Part shown: piece after piece, positions 37,354-50,610 of the stretch
Layout of the letters: the number at the start of each line of letters is the position of its first letter
Numbering within the stretch: position 1 is the stretch's first letter
NCBI GenBank assembly: GCA_973895155.1
Contig: OZ316891.1
Coordinates: forward strand, 10,231,875-10,295,874
Reading direction: 5' to 3'
Source of the DNA: Marsupella aquatica
Taxonomy: Eukaryota; Plantae; Marchantiophyta
DNA length: 64,000 bases
Notes under the pieces: generated by a model
The model's database searches: none
What the model was told of the DNA's origin: nothing
The model's input: only the letters and a program-made list of their open reading frames with translations
Program-made: the position numbers and the translations under genes

Positions 37354-38157
37354 TAAAGTGCCTCCATCGTTTTGTAAAAAGAAATGCTCCCCTTTGTTTA
37401 TATTAGACTGACCATATTAATGGATCAACAAAACTCTCATAAAGTATTGTCTCCTCTCTTATGTTAAGTGCCACTCAGGGTTGATATTCTGTATAATTAT
37501 TCTACTATAATTATGTCTTGCAACTACCACAACGCCTATAGTGCATAACACATGTGGCCCACCTAAGACAGTTTGGAACTAAACCCATTCTACATATCTG
37601 AGTAAACCTTGGAGCTAAACTGTTTGGTAGAGGGTTGAACTTTAGACCAGCTTGTCACAAGTAATCCATTTCTTGCTGTGAAATGTGAAAATTTGAGATC
37701 ATGTAATAGAGTTGTGTGTATTGTGGGCAAATGAGGGAGAGTTGATAGTTGTTTAGGCACAGATCCAAGGTGAGTTCTTTCACTTGAATGACTTAGGCTT
37801 CACATTGGGGCTGAAACTGTCCGAATGGGTTTTGGGATGCGCTCTATGTCACTGGCAGTGGAGCAAAAGGAGACAACTTCAAGAATGAGACAACCTTGCG
37901 TTCACAACACTGCCCCACTACCTCAACTTGAGTTGAGTGAGTCAATCTGCGTAGGGGCGGGCCTTTATTGTCACTCATTGTAAGAATTATGTTAAGAATA
38001 TTATTTGAACATCCTTCATTTCACCTTGTTCGAGGCTCTAGCCCAAATACCCTTGTGCATGCACAAGAAGGGCTCCCTGTACCCACACACCCATGCTAGT
38101 CCTTACTCACAAGCATAGTCTAAACATCAAAATTTTCTGTTACCATAGAAATTACGG

Positions 38158-38358
38158 CCTATGATTTCACTCCATGGAGTAGGTGAATGGTAGACTTTGA
38201 TCACAAACTATAACACAAATGTGTAATAATCTGACCACCCTTAATTTCACCCCATTGCCTATGGCTTCACTCTATAGAGTAGGTCATGAACGATAGACTT
38301 CAATCAAAACTATAGAAAGTACAAATGTGTGATAAACTAACCACCCTTCATGTCACCC
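38158..38358. repeat. Old tandem duplication, unit about 100 bp
   Basis: CCTATG..TTCACTC.AT.GAGTAGGT...TAGACTT..ATCA.AACTATA...ACAAATGTGT.ATAA...ACCACCCTT is seen twice. Confidence 0.75.
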
Positions 38359-38703
38359 TGTTTGACCTATCTAAACATCTAAACACTATAACATGCAAAC
38401 TCTTTTCTTCAAAGTCTATTTACGAAATGTCATTATGTGGGAAAGTCTCCATGGGTGTTGGATTATGATGACATTTCTCCCTAATCATGAGATGGACCTA
38501 AAGGTGTCATTCATGCCCAACCCATCACATTCCTTGCAACTTGCACACCCAATGCTCTGTAGTTTCTAATTGTCTGGTCATCTCACTTATGCTTGACAAC
38601 ACTTCCGCTCAACATCATTTACTATCAATGCACATGCATTCAAGTAGTAACTTTTAAGGATAAGTGACATACTGCAAAAGCTTCTATTGACTACATTACA
38701 TTA

Positions 38704-38881
38704 CCATCAAAGATGTTCCAATTGATAATATTGTCACTATTTTTGTTATAAATATGCCATGGTTTTTGTATATGACTATCTTGGTTACCTTGGTGAACTT
38801 GACGTCCAAACAAAAACTGTGACATATTTGTAGATACTATAAAAATTATGGCAACATTGATAATTGGAACATCTTTAGTGA
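38704..38881. repeat. AT-rich foldback (MITE-like imperfect inverted repeat)
   Basis: AAAGATGTTCCAATT...AAATATGCCATGGTTTTTGT pairs with ACAAAAACTGTGACATATTT...AATTGGAACATCTTT. Confidence 0.8.
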
Positions 38882-41289
38882 CAAGTAGTTAAAAGTTGTA
38901 CATGTCAATCCACCTCCAGTCCCAACTTATATATCACATTGTCAAAGAACAAGATGTGCAAACCCTGCAAGGAAGGTCATAGGATCTATCCCAAAGGCAG
39001 AAGGCCCAATAAAGGTGACTCTTTACTGTAAAAAATACAAACCTCCAGTCAGGTTAGTGCCAAGTGAAAAGGTGGGTGGAGCCAGGCTTTGGCCTTCTGC
39101 TGAACCAAGCTGCCCCCCTACACACCCCCCGGCCATTCTTTGTTGTAGGAAATTAACTTTTATATATCAAGTCTAACACTATAATAGGCAATGCCGCCCA
39201 TTTAATTTGCCAATTTCGTCCGTCATCCCATTACGAATTTGAATTTCAATGGGAATCAAACTTGACCGTCAGATACAAGCATCTGATTTTTTGTATCCGT
39301 CCAATCTTTTAATACCATCTTCAAACAAGGCACGCAGGTAGGTCCAGTCCCGTGCGAATGCTCCCTCACTCCTCCCCTCCGTGCACTCATTATGCCTGGC
39401 ATCAAGGATGCGTGGCATCGAGGGCATCATGAAGGCCAGCCGGTGAGAGGGTCATGCCTCGTGCATAGGGCTTCGAGCCCTCCTTGCGATTAATACTCCT
39501 CCCCTCCGTGGAGTCCATGCACTCATTAAAGGGCTGTTGATGCCCTCCCCTCGCGTCGCCTCGCTGCACAAATTATAGGGCTTCGGGCCCTCCTTGGCTC
39601 CTTGCCCTGACGCATGGCTGCTACAATAGTGATGTGCAAGTCTCAACTGTGAATGAATCTTTCGCAAGATTAGTACCGCATGATGTGTAATCATACCACG
39701 GAAACAAAGACCAGACCAGGCACACGCATCGGCCCTCCTTGTAGAGTGCAATGCACTGACATAGGGCTCGTACTATAATAATTATGTTATCCAGCCAAAA
39801 AAGTTAGTTGTGTGCTTACAAACTTGAATGGAGTAATAAAATTTAGCCATTAAATACATTCTAGAATTTTTTTGGCATTGTTGGATTGTGTGCATTGGGG
39901 TGCCCAATGATGGCTTATTATCTTGGGAGGAGAGCTATGTATACTAGACTACTAGGGGATGTGGTATGTGTACAAATTATACCATAGAAAAATAATTAAT
40001 GTATGAAACTAGAATTGTACCTATGGTACACCTATACCTACATGGTTTACCTCACTGTATAGGGGTCATATGTATCACTCTACAAGAGGCACACATATAA
40101 AACATGAGTGAGATGTTTACGATGAGGAGAAGAGATATATGTTGATTTGTTTAAGTTTAAGTCATTTATTATTTCTTAATTTTCCTCACTATGTTTTCCC
40201 ATTTTAAAAAATTGTTGAAGGGATAGGGGTGATGTTATTTTTTAAATTTCTCTTTGGGTTTTTAGTCAAATTATAGGGCCAAGTTGAACCCTGGCCCATC
40301 CCCTCCCATCGTTCATGTTTTCCTAAGGTGAGGTGAACATTTGCTTTTCCAATTGTGAGTGCATGCAAATTGTTGAAGCAAGATAATTCAACCTGCCTTG
40401 CACAATGTTTCTTTTTGACCCTCATTTAAAGTTTACAGATCTTTGTCTCCCATATTTGTCCATCACTTGACTTTTTTTTGTTTGGAGAGAGTTTTCTTTT
40501 TTGCTCCAATAGCTTTTGCCTTCTTTTTGGGATTAGATTTCCTTGCAACCCATTGGCACCGGTCACTTTTTTGCCCACAACTTTTGACTTGACCAAAACC
40601 ATCCACTTTGACAATGCTTGCACCCCATTTACGTGGTTGTTTACTTTCCAAGGAGGGGGAGTGGGAGGGATGGGAGCAGGACAGACAAAAGGACTGGGAA
40701 AAGCAAACATAACAAGGGGGACTCATAGTCTGTCTGCCTCTTTGCCTACACCCTGTGCCTATTTGCCTTCCCGAACTTGTGCCTTGCCCTCGCCCACTGC
40801 CTCCTTCAAGTTTGGAGGGGGAGGAGCGAAGGGGGAGGGAAAGGAGGAAAAAAGTGTTGCATGACCCTAATTGGACCCCATGGTTGCTGTCGCATGTCTT
40901 GCATGGATCTCTTCATCTTGCTTCCATGACACTTCTTTTCCTTAATGACTTCCTCCACGACATCGTTTACCCAAACATATCTTTTACGCAACATCTTTTA
41001 CACATTGACATCATTTGCACAATACATCTTTTTCTCATCTTTTATCCTGTCTTTTATCCCATTTAAAATTATTTTACATTGAGCACAAACAGCAAAATCA
41101 TATTGCAAGAATATGAATCACACGACCATGTCAACACTCAAACACAACATCTTTCAAATACTAACAATGAAAGCACATAGTCAAAACTCATATACACGCC
41201 TATTTAAATAAAGGATCCCATGGCTCACTATTCAAATACAAGACCTTGGCCCTGTGTTAGGGGAAGAAGGTAGTTACATTATAAATGCG

Positions 41290-41751
41290 CCAAACCAGAA
41301 TATGGATCTCAATCACAGGTGACACAACGAGGGTGTGCCCCTACTTCTACTGGAAAAAATATACAAAACTACAGTAAATGCTAACCCCAAGTGAAAAGAT
41401 GGGAGGGAGCCTTGCCGTGGCCTTCCTTCGGACCAACCGGCCCAAACCAGAATGTGGATCTCAATCACAGATGACACGATGAATGAGGGTGTTGCCCTAC
41501 TTCTACTGGAAAAAATATACAAAACTACAGTAAATGCTAACCCCAAGCGCAAAGATGGGAGGGAGCCAGACCGTGGCCTTCCGTCAAACCACCCCGGCCC
41601 AAACCAGAATATGGATCTCAATCACAGGTGACACAATGAGGGTGTGCCCCTACTTCTACTGGAAAAAAGATACAAACCTACAGTAAATGCTAACCCCAAG
41701 TGAAAAGATGGGAGGGAGCCAGACCGTGGCCTTCCGTCGAACCAACCCGGC
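41290..41751. repeat. Three tandem 152-157-bp repeats immediately upstream of the PNISR-like gene
   Basis: CCAAACCAGAAT.TGGATCTCAATCACAG...CTACTTCTACTGGAAAAAA...GCTAACCCCAAG...GATGGGAGGGAGCC starts at about 41290, 41442 and 41599. Confidence 0.96.
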
Positions 41752-42232
41752 CCCGGCCCGTCCCTCCTCCGCCCCGCCAATCTTCGTTGAAGAAAATGAA
41801 CCGACTGACATGAAGAACAGAGGAGAGGAGAGGGGAGGAGAGAAGAGAAGTGGAGAGGAGGGAAGCGGACGAAGAGCAGAAGAATAATGAGAAACGAAGC
41901 AGAGGAGAGATCCAGATATTCATTAGGGTTTCCAGCAGCGAAACAATTTGAGGATTACTGTATTCTCCGCTCATCCCCCACAAATTTGAAGCTGCTGCTG
42001 GGACTGCCGGATCGCTGGGAGGATGCGCACAACCGGCAGTATGTTTTTTGTCCCAAAGTCGACGAGAGGAGGAGGCGAAGGGAAATTCGCATCGAAGGAA
42101 GGCGACCGAGGGAGGCAGCAGGCCCGAGGCCGTTTCTCGCTGTTGGTGGTTGGATAATTATACTTCTGGATCAGAGCACCCAACCAAGCAGGCAGGCGGG
42201 CAACACACAGAGCGTGAATTTAGTGAAGCGGG

Positions 42233-45200
42233 ATGGATGGAAGTGGTCAACAGCAGGACGCACAAAGGCAGATGATGGATCAGCGGCAGCCCCAGCAGCA
42301 ATGGTATGGGGCTCCTCAAAATCCTTATCAGCAGCAACAGCCTCAAGCTTATAAGTGGCCCGGGTATGACCCCGCGATGCATTATAACCAACCGCCAATG
42401 CAGTCTTACGGTCAGCAGGATTATTATATGCAGCAGCAGCAGCATCACCACCAACACTATGCCCCTTCTCTTCCTCACCAGCCACAGGTACAGCAGCAGC
42501 AGCAGTCACAACAGCATTTTTATGCCCAGCAGCCTGAACAGGTACTTATTATTGGGACTCTGGCTTCTTTCTGTTGAGGGTCTGATTTTTCTTTGTCTGT
42601 TCGGGGCATTGACGCTTTGGATTTAATTTGTCGTCCAATCTTGGAGTCTCTGCTCTCAATTTTATTCTAAGAGGCGTTTATCGTAGTGCACTGTTCTCTT
42701 CAGACATCGCCTTCATTCTCGGTCTCCTCAGAAATGTCTTTCTTCCTAACTTTGATGTAGTTGCACGAAATTGGGGTTTGTCACCTCTGTTATGTTTTGG
42801 GATCTCGGTGGAATTGACGTCTTAGACAGGACTCATTCTAATGGTTGTAACTCATCATGGTTGCCGAGCCGCTCCTATTCTTGCGATAAGACTACCAAAA
42901 AGCACTGCTGGAAGGCTATTGCTCGTGTTTGAACTGGCGAGATGGATCTTTCTCTGTTTCAGATGAATAGAATTATAACCTACTGTTGGTAATCGGATGG
43001 CTTGGCTGTATTTATGGTCTCATTGCGTTGTCTGTCGTCCTTGAATTCACTTGGCTTATCGTCGGCTTACTGTTATATGCAGATTTGGTCATCTAATAAT
43101 GGTTGGAACGAAGCTCAATGGAATCAGCAAGGTAATTACTATCCAGGGCAACACTTGATATGCGGATGTCATTTTCACCCCTGGGTTTCAGCAAGTTAAC
43201 GAAACTACAATGTTGATTTGGTTGAAGGGTTTTGTGTAATTAGCGCTAGGGTTTAAGGGTGTTCATGTTTGAGGGTTGGCTCCACTGAAGTTGTCTGATC
43301 GTTGGACGTTGTTATTCAGTCACTCCGACCACCGGGTCAGAGGAAGAGGACTGGGCAGCTAAAGCTAGAGCGTGGGCCGCGGCAAAAGCTGCACAAGAGG
43401 CAGCACATCAAGCAGCCCAACATGCTCAAATGCAGGCTCAGGCTCAGGCTCAGGCCCAGGCCCAAGCTCAGGCTCAAGCGCAGGCTCACTCTCAGGCTCA
43501 AGCTCAGGGCCAGCCCCAGGGTCAGGCTCAGAGTCATGTGCAGGTCCAGACTCAATCTCAGCCAACCGTACCGCAGCAAGATCAAAGTTATCACGATTAT
43601 CAACAACAAGCTCCTCAAGTAGTACAGCACCCTCCTCAGCAGTCTTCTTTGATACCACCTGGTCAGGAACCCTCCCAGCAGGGCTTTACACAGGAACCTC
43701 CGGCAGGATATGGGCAAGATGGACACATTTATCCACAGGAACCACCTCCGATCTTCGTGCAGGATGATGAACCTCCAAGCTTTGGACAGGACGGGTCTTC
43801 ATCAACCTATGCACAAGGAGTCCATGCACAGGTTGTTTCTAGCAGCTATTCACAGGATGTGTCGTCAAGTTATGGCCAGGATACTGCAATTGCAGGTAGG
43901 CTTGTGACTGTATTTTCCTGTTCTTTCTGCCTAGTAGCTTCCTCAAATTGTTGCGGATCATTTGTATCGGCTGCGTGGGATCAGGTGATGGGATTCTGCT
44001 TACGGTGGGTACTGACAAGATAGGAATTCTGAAGTAATGTTTGCTACTGAATCTGGTTCATGATCGATGTACTCCAGTGCCTCAAAGTATGTGAAAATGA
44101 GATTCCTTCAAACTATAAATTGTGTGGACTTGTCTCAGCTGCTTGTCTTTCTTCCCGTTCCTAATAATCCTTTTTCATTGCCGAGGTTTTCATCAAGTCT
44201 CTATGTGAAGTAGGACAGTCACACCTACTCTCTTCCTAAAGGCCGCGGTCTTACGTGGAGCTTAATAATGTGTTTGCAGCAGCACCAGGGACAGACCAAT
44301 CAGATCAGAAGTCTTCTCATACATCTCTGGCTCCGAGCATGTCACAACCGCAGCAACCTCAGTCGGTAGTTCCAGTTTCACCACACTCTCAGTCACAACA
44401 GTTTCCATTTCAAGATTCTGCTCCACCTGCTTTCGAGTTTCATCAACTTCAGCAGTTTGATTATCAGCAACCACCACCTCCTCCTCCTCACGACTATCAA
44501 CAGCAGCCACCAGCACCATATTTACCCCCAGCTCCCACTATAGGCATGGATGCTGCTCAGATGAACTTTGGCGGGCCTCCTGACGCCATGCCCGTGTGGC
44601 CGCCACTGGGTGGCCAGGGCATTGCCTTTCCTCCTAACATGGGACCTGGTAGGCACCCAGGGTCACAGGTACAAGCTTTTGATCGAGTATTTTTTGAGAT
44701 TTGGCTTCAAGTCTTGTCCTTTGTGGGGATGTTGGATCAGGGCTCTGGTGTTTCGTTCTTAGACGTTCCCTGGTGTTGCAGAAACTGAGTTTGTGTTCCA
44801 TATCATGTGCAGTTTGATCACCCGCATCACAACCACCACCCTCATCATGGTCCCATTGCCCATCAGCCACCACATATGTTTCCCCGGCAGCATGGACCAC
44901 AACATGGTCCAGGCTTTCGCCCTCCAGGACCTCCAATGGGTGGCCCATTTGGCTTTGGAGGCCCGTCGTTGGGTCAAGGACCAGGGGCAATAGGGCCTGT
45001 TTTCTTGCCCGACGGCAACGGGAAATTAGGTGCTCCCGATCGCCCCAAGAAGGTAATGCATTCCCTCTGAGTAGATAGTATTGTGTACATGCTGGTTTGA
45101 GGCTTAGGCAGTTGTTGAGATTGTGTCCTCAAAATTGAAGGGGTAGTACGGAATGTGGATGCTTGTCCAGGCTTTTACGACCACTCATTTCACTTCCCCT

Positions 45201-48200
45201 TTTTTCGCTTCCAGGCACCTGTTCCATCGTGGTTGCGTGAGGAATTATTGAAGAAGAAGTCAACTGTGGGCATCGGTAGTTCAGGTGCCGCGTCCATCTC
45301 AGATGATTTTGTGCGAGTAAATGGAAGTGAACCAACTGCTGCAGTTACGCACAAGTTGGGTCTACCTGATAGGGCAAGAAGTGATTCCTCTGAAATAAGT
45401 GACAATGATGAGGATGACGAGGTGACTAATATTTACTCTTCATTCAAGCAAGCGATAATCTTTCTTGATTTTGTCGCGGCGTTATAAGGTTTTGACTTGG
45501 GTAACTTCTGAAACTTCTTAGGATGAGAAAGAGGCAGCACGTACAGCAGCCATGAATCAGGAGATAAAGCGGGTGCTAACCGAAGTCTTATTAAAGGTGG
45601 GTTCGGTTTTTCGCACAGTAGTGTGACCCTGCATCGTTTCGTATTTGGTGGTTCCAAGGTTTATGTTTCCCTTTCGGCCAGTCCTTCGGAAAGTCGATCC
45701 TTGGTTTATACTCCATAGTAATTATGCTCATTCTCTCAAAATGATCTTACAGGTTACTGATGATCTTTTTGACGAGATTGCTCAAGAAGTGATGGATGAA
45801 CGTGACCTGGCGGAAGGTATCGCCTTAAAATTGCAGCTGAGACGTAGAAACTACGTCGTCCTCTTTTATTCTGCTTGCATTTGAGTTACTGCATGTACTC
45901 AGGATAGTCCTCACATTGCACGTATTGCATGTTGAAATCGAGTGCGAATTCAAATCACTGACACTCAATATAATGATATAACTCACTGCTGCACATTTCG
46001 ATGCTTGGCCTTTCCCACGTTGATGTAAGTAGAATTTCCCTTTTGCTTTCCTGTGGAAAATTTAGGGCCAGGAGCTAAGCCACTGGAAACAGAAAAAGCC
46101 GACTTGCCGCATCCTACCTTATCTCCATCACCTTCTGCTGCCCCCGTGATCCCTGTCCCTGCCAGAGCGCTAGTTGTCCCTGTGAAACGGAGTGTGGCCG
46201 CAGGTGACGATGACAGTGACGATGACTATGACAAGAAAAGCTCTGGGGCCACTGTAGTTAATGTTCTTGGTCTCGCAACTTATGCATCAGATGAGGAGGA
46301 TGGTGAAAGAGGTTACAGATATCCGTCAACTTCGATAGATCCACAAAGTAGTACAGACGAACAGAAAGGAAAAGACAAGATACAGGAGAAGGGCGGAAGA
46401 GAAAAGGCAGCTGATAAGGGTGGAAGGCCCCTTGGGGAGGATAAAGTTGATGCAAGAAAGACCTTTCTGGAAGACTCAAGGACTACAGTGCCATTTGAAG
46501 AGAAAGAGAGAAAAGAGAAAAAGGAGAGAGAACGCGAGAAGGATAAAAGAGATATGGATGGTGGTAAGAAAGATAGGGAGAGATATAGGGATAGAGGTCC
46601 AAATAGAGAAGCTAAAGGGCTAGAGAAGCCTAGTGAGACAGAGGTGAAGAAGGAGCAAAGGTCTGAAGTCAAGGGGAAAACACGGTCAAATGAAGGTATT
46701 GATAGCAGCGATTCTGAGAAAAGGAGTCCAAGACGGGCTCGCCATACAGAGGCCCAACGATTAGTGATCGATGCAGATCAATCTAGTAAAGATAAGGCAG
46801 ACTTTGGCAGGCAATCTAAAAGTGGACATTCACGTCGTCATGTTTCTGACGTGAAAGATGAGAAGCAAAGTGTCACAGGCGCCAAAGTCCTGCAGAAAAA
46901 CGTTACAGATACTGAGAGTGAGATAGTAGATCTAGGAGAGCAGGCCCTTAAGCGTGTTCATAGTCATACCGCTTCTACAGTCAAAGAAGTAAAATCCGAT
47001 ATCAAACCTGAGAGACCCATGAAAGAGAGTAGAGTTAAATCTTTAGAGGAGAATGTGGTGATATTGGCTGCTGCTGTTAAAGGACGGGTGGAAAGCACGG
47101 ATGTTCTGGGAAAGAAGGGCAGGGACAATGGTGATGGAAGTAAGGAAAAGGATCCTTCCAAACATCACAGTCATGAAGCAGAGAAGGATAACGTTGACAG
47201 GAGTAGAGACAAAGAGAAAGCCCGAAATAAGGAACGAGACAAGGAGAATGATAAAAGTCATGAGAAGGAGAAATTAAGAGATGAGCGGGGAGTAGATCGA
47301 GAAAGATCCAAAGGGGAAAGAGGAAAGGATCGTGGGCGTGTCCATGAGAGAGATAGGAGGAAAATCGAGAAAGATCGTGCGGACAGGGGTAGGGATAGGC
47401 GAAAAGAGTCGAGGGACAACAAAAGGAGCAGACGGCGATCGTCTTCGTCTACTAGTAGGGGAAGAAGTCGCAGCAAAAGTCTTTCTTCTGGGAGTCATGG
47501 TAGCAGCTCTGATGGTAACAGAGGCAAGAGTCCAAAGCACAGGTATTGCAAACTTTTGATTCAATCTGGTTTTGTCTGTCCGATTGCTCTCCTTCACCGT
47601 TGTTCCCTTGTACTCTTCTACCTCTGCTTCTAATCCTGAACCAAATTGCCCTGTTCATCTCTCCGTCGTCAAGCATGTCAATGATGTGTTTTGTCGAAAT
47701 TTAAATCTTTACACTAGATCAGAGGGATGCAAATCCGTTGATGTAATTCTCGTGATTTAGTTTTCAGATTTCTGACCGGCCGTAACGCATTATTTGGTAT
47801 CATGTACCTTATCCCTCTTCGGGCCTGTGGACTTCGAAATTTATCTAGATTTGCAGATTATTGTCGCTCATTATGATAGCTGACTTTCCGTTTAACGTTT
47901 CCCATGCAGGAGACTCCCGGCACGTCTGAGAAGGCGACTAAGTGTTTCTCGGTCACCTGTGAGATCCAGGAGAAGGTATGCTTTACAATCTGGTAGATGC
48001 CTTGTTAACATCGGGAGCTATTAAAAGCCTTTTCTGTAATTTGTCCATCTTGGATTGTAAATTGCGCCGTTTTGTGTGTGTGATTGTAAAACTTGCAATC
48101 CAGTAGTTATTTATGGGTTTGTCGGGCACTGAAGAAAAGCATTTTGCCAGAGTGACTCAGACCTAAGGTCATATGACAGTCTGCTGTAATCCTCCTTTGA

Positions 48201-49311
48201 ACTCCACCTAGAGCTCGACCTTTGTACTTCCTATTACCTCAGAAGTTGTTCCTGAAAAGATTCAGCTATGGAAATAACAACAAAATATCTGAGCACGTCT
48301 TCAGTAATGTTAACGATCGTTTCAGTGGTTGTGTGCTACAATTTTCATGCTGAGAAAGGTTTAACCTTCCATGCTGTCTGTGTCGGACATTATGGCCTAA
48401 TAGACAGGCCGTTGAAATGCCGGCTGTTCTATCCTAGTGAGCCTATTTCTGAGGGAGCATTTCTGTATGTCACGTTCCCCTGCAGCAGATCCTCGAAGCC
48501 ACTCCACCCCGTAAATCGCAAAAATCCCAAACGAGATGTATAGCTCCCTGCAAAATAGCTCGCGGAAATGCCGGCTGTTCTATCCTAGTGAGCCTATTTC
48601 TGAGGGAGCATTTCTGTATGTCACGTTCCCCTGCAGCAGATCCTCGAAGCCACTCCACCCCGTAAATCGCAAAAATCCCAAACGAGATGTATAGCTCCCT
48701 GCAAAATAGCTCGCGGCTTAGAAAGACAATGGGCAGAAACTTCTGGTGGATCTACTCTTTACAGTTTCCTCCTTCAGAAAGCTTTAGTAACTTCGTGGTG
48801 ATCGAGAAACAGCCTCCTTTGATCGGCAAGGATGATATTGAAGGGCTGTAGGAATGTTGTATGCAATAACTATGGTCAATTCCAAGTGCTTTCTGTGCAG
48901 GTGCCCTACCTCTGGGCAACTCTTTTGAGGGGCTAAGAGTGTTGATTATCTAAGTGAGAGGTGTGTGACTTACATGGAAAGTATGATGATTGTGTATCTC
49001 TAGACGACCCTCGCGCTCTCGTTCACGCTCACCACCTAGCAAGTATTCTCATCGCAGGCATTCCCCCTCTCCTTCTCGTGAGACAGAACGGTAAGAGTGC
49101 TCAGCTTAATCTATTTGTCTGACAGTCATAATGGTTAAAATAATATCAGGCATTCTAACGCTAAATGTATATTTCTTGTACTGATGCGTAAGCAGATAGT
49201 TAACCGTTAAACCATGCTTTCCATGTACATGGATACTGGCTTTCTTAGTTGAGTCTTCACTCGAGCTTTTGTATTGATGATATGTTGTATGAGGGTGACA
49301 GGCGTAGATGA
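42233..49311 (+). CDS. PNISR/SFRS18-like Q/P-rich, charged and RS-domain nuclear protein, about 12 exons (e.g. 42233-42541, 43083-43131, 43320-43895, 45215-45421, 45522-45596, 45753-45816, 46066-47542, 47910-47975, 49004-49090, 49302-49311)
   Basis: EEDWAAKARAWAAAK, APVPSWLREELLKKK, NQEIKRVLTEVLLKVTDDLFDEIAQEV and LGLATYASDEED, with a C-terminal RS/RD-rich region. This layout matches the PNISR family as I recall it. The last exons are inferred from splice sites. Confidence 0.8.
48414..48716. repeat. Apparently exact 151-bp tandem duplication inside an intron
   Basis: GAAATGCCGGCTGTTCTATCC...CAAAATAGCTCGCG starts at 48414 and 48565. Confidence 0.97.
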
Positions 49312-50379
49312 TGGAGGAGGAGATTTCGCAGCGGGAGTTCGGGAGATTGGAGGATGGGCGATTTTGATACAAACTGTGTTGTTTCATCTTGTATGCTGGC
49401 ATTGCCATTTTTCTTAGGTGGTCCGTCCAATACTTACACACGTCTTGGAGGAAACCACATTGGCAATTCAACTATCTTACCAATCCAATATTTGTATTTT
49501 ATTGTAGCAAAAATCAAGATTCTGTTGAAGGAGAGAGGTTGCATGTAGGCAGTTTGTCTCATCATCTTGGGATAGGCACTCATGACGAGCGGTTTTGACA
49601 GTTTGATGGCTAGTCTGTTTACTAAATGGTCTACGCTGGATAAGCTGTGGTAAGTCTTAGGATAGGGGACTTTTTAGAGCGGTGCAGAAGACTTCGATGC
49701 TGTGTTGTCCCCTCGGTGATTTGTTGGTCATTAGATGCACAGCCCAAAATGAAGTGTAATTGTATATTGTGAGATCCAAAGTTGTCATGTTGGAGCTTTT
49801 TATAAAGGGGCTGATGCAATCATTCCTTCTGAAATATACTTCCCATATACTGCTGTTGGCTTGGATGTCTTATTAGTAAGACAAGCATCTTTTTTATTCA
49901 GCCTCTTCATATAAGGAGAATTTTTTCTGTGTGTTGGCCCTGTCTCTATATCCAAAATATCATTTTGCATCCTGTTGGCCCTTCACAGAAAAGATTGAAG
50001 GATGATAAATCAGTGTGGTATAGTAGCTGAGACGTTGCAGGTCTTGACCTGTCCGTATACTTCTGACCTATTCATAATAAATATTCCAGGTCTCCATAAT
50101 TACGGATTATTTTAAATTTTGATGTTCTTATTATTCCAGATGTAGATGTCCCTGTATCCAATTCTGGCTTACTAACTGAGGGCCTTGAACTCTTGAATCC
50201 TTAGATTGTTTCCGAAGTTCCAATTTAATTTCACACTGCCAAATATCAGAGCCTCCAAATAAGGTGACAGGATCCAAAGGTAAGAGGCTCAATAAAGTGG
50301 AAGGAGATCCAATAAAAAGGGGGGAAGGAAGAGGTCCAATCAAGGGGAGAAAAAAGGAGCACAAAAGACATAGGAAAAA

Positions 50380-50610
50380 ATTGTGAGTCTCTAACAACCT
50401 CAAAAAGCACTAAACTAAAGGTAAGAGACCCAAAAGGGGAAGACCCCAGAATAGCATATGAGCAAAAAAGGCGCAAGTCCCCAACAATCACAAAAAGCAC
50501 TAAACTAAAGGCAAGAGACCCAATACAAAGGAGAGAAAAAGCAAAAGACCCCAAGAAGAGCAAAGATGAAAACAAGTGTGTGTGAGTCTCTAACAATCAC
50601 CAAAAGAAAA
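50380..50610. repeat. A-rich degenerate repeats, probably transposon-derived
   Basis: AACAA.C.CAAAAAGCACTAAACTAAAGG.AAGAGACCCAA occurs twice and TGTGAGTCTCTAACAA occurs twice. Confidence 0.6.
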
